This document shows positions 27,320 through 27,556 of a DNA stretch of 27,556 bases, piece by piece. Each line of letters begins with the position of its first letter. The first letter of the stretch is position 1. Source of the DNA: Bacteroidota bacterium (GTDB lineage Bacteria; Bacteroidota; Bacteroidia; Chitinophagales; UBA2359); the NCBI GenBank assembly GCA_020631245.1, contig JAHDHP010000017.1, positions 1-27,556 on the forward strand, read 5' to 3'. The notes beneath the pieces were generated by a model. The model ran no database searches. It was given only the letters and a program-made list of their open reading frames with translations, and was not told where the DNA came from. The position numbers were made by a program, and so were the translations under genes.

Positions 27320-27556
27320 AATCGAAGTACTTTTTAAGGAACGATAATTAAATAACTTTACATTTTTGGCTGTTTCTTTTTGCCTCTAGCTGTGTTAGAA
27401 AGCCTCGCTGATGCGCTGCAGCTTGGCATCCGCAAGCGGTTCACTCCGCTTGAATGTCCACTGGACATTCAAAAATGCTATTGCATTTTATCGCTCGTTC
27501 ATGCCTTGCTAGAAACAAAAATAATCTAACCAAATAATTGTAAACTTATTTTATCA

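Overview
Low-GC bacterial window, probably Bacteroidota-like, though that taxonomic guess is weak. The first ~9.7 kb is ordinary housekeeping on the + strand: a PgpH/YqfF-like 7TM-HD hydrolase, DnaG primase, an NfeD-like protein, a flotillin-like SPFH protein and a PKD-cyclophilin lipoprotein. From ~9.7 kb onward the window is accessory-like and dense in repeats. It carries three paralogous leucine-rich-repeat (LRR) proteins on the - strand that share a central BRCT-like / 'GGGVP' module. It also carries four copies of a ~220-bp structured intergenic element whose long hairpin has a variable stem, and several smaller repeats. The centrepiece is a tightly packed, co-oriented cluster at 14695-22283. 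It contains a WGR + HEAT + long C-terminal (MolR/DUF4132-like) protein, a SWIM zinc-finger protein, a tandem array of four ~190-nt structured units, and a retron-type reverse transcriptase (RT). Each array unit has a conserved scaffold plus a unique, perfectly base-paired hairpin whose stems differ between units while the loop motif is kept. The RT has the NAxxH, QGxxxSP, YADD and VTG motifs. I interpret this as a retron with an array of four msr-msd-like ncRNAs coupled to a WGR/SWIM nucleic-acid-binding gene pair, a combination I do not recognise as described. No rRNA, tRNA, CRISPR array or transposase was identified by eye.
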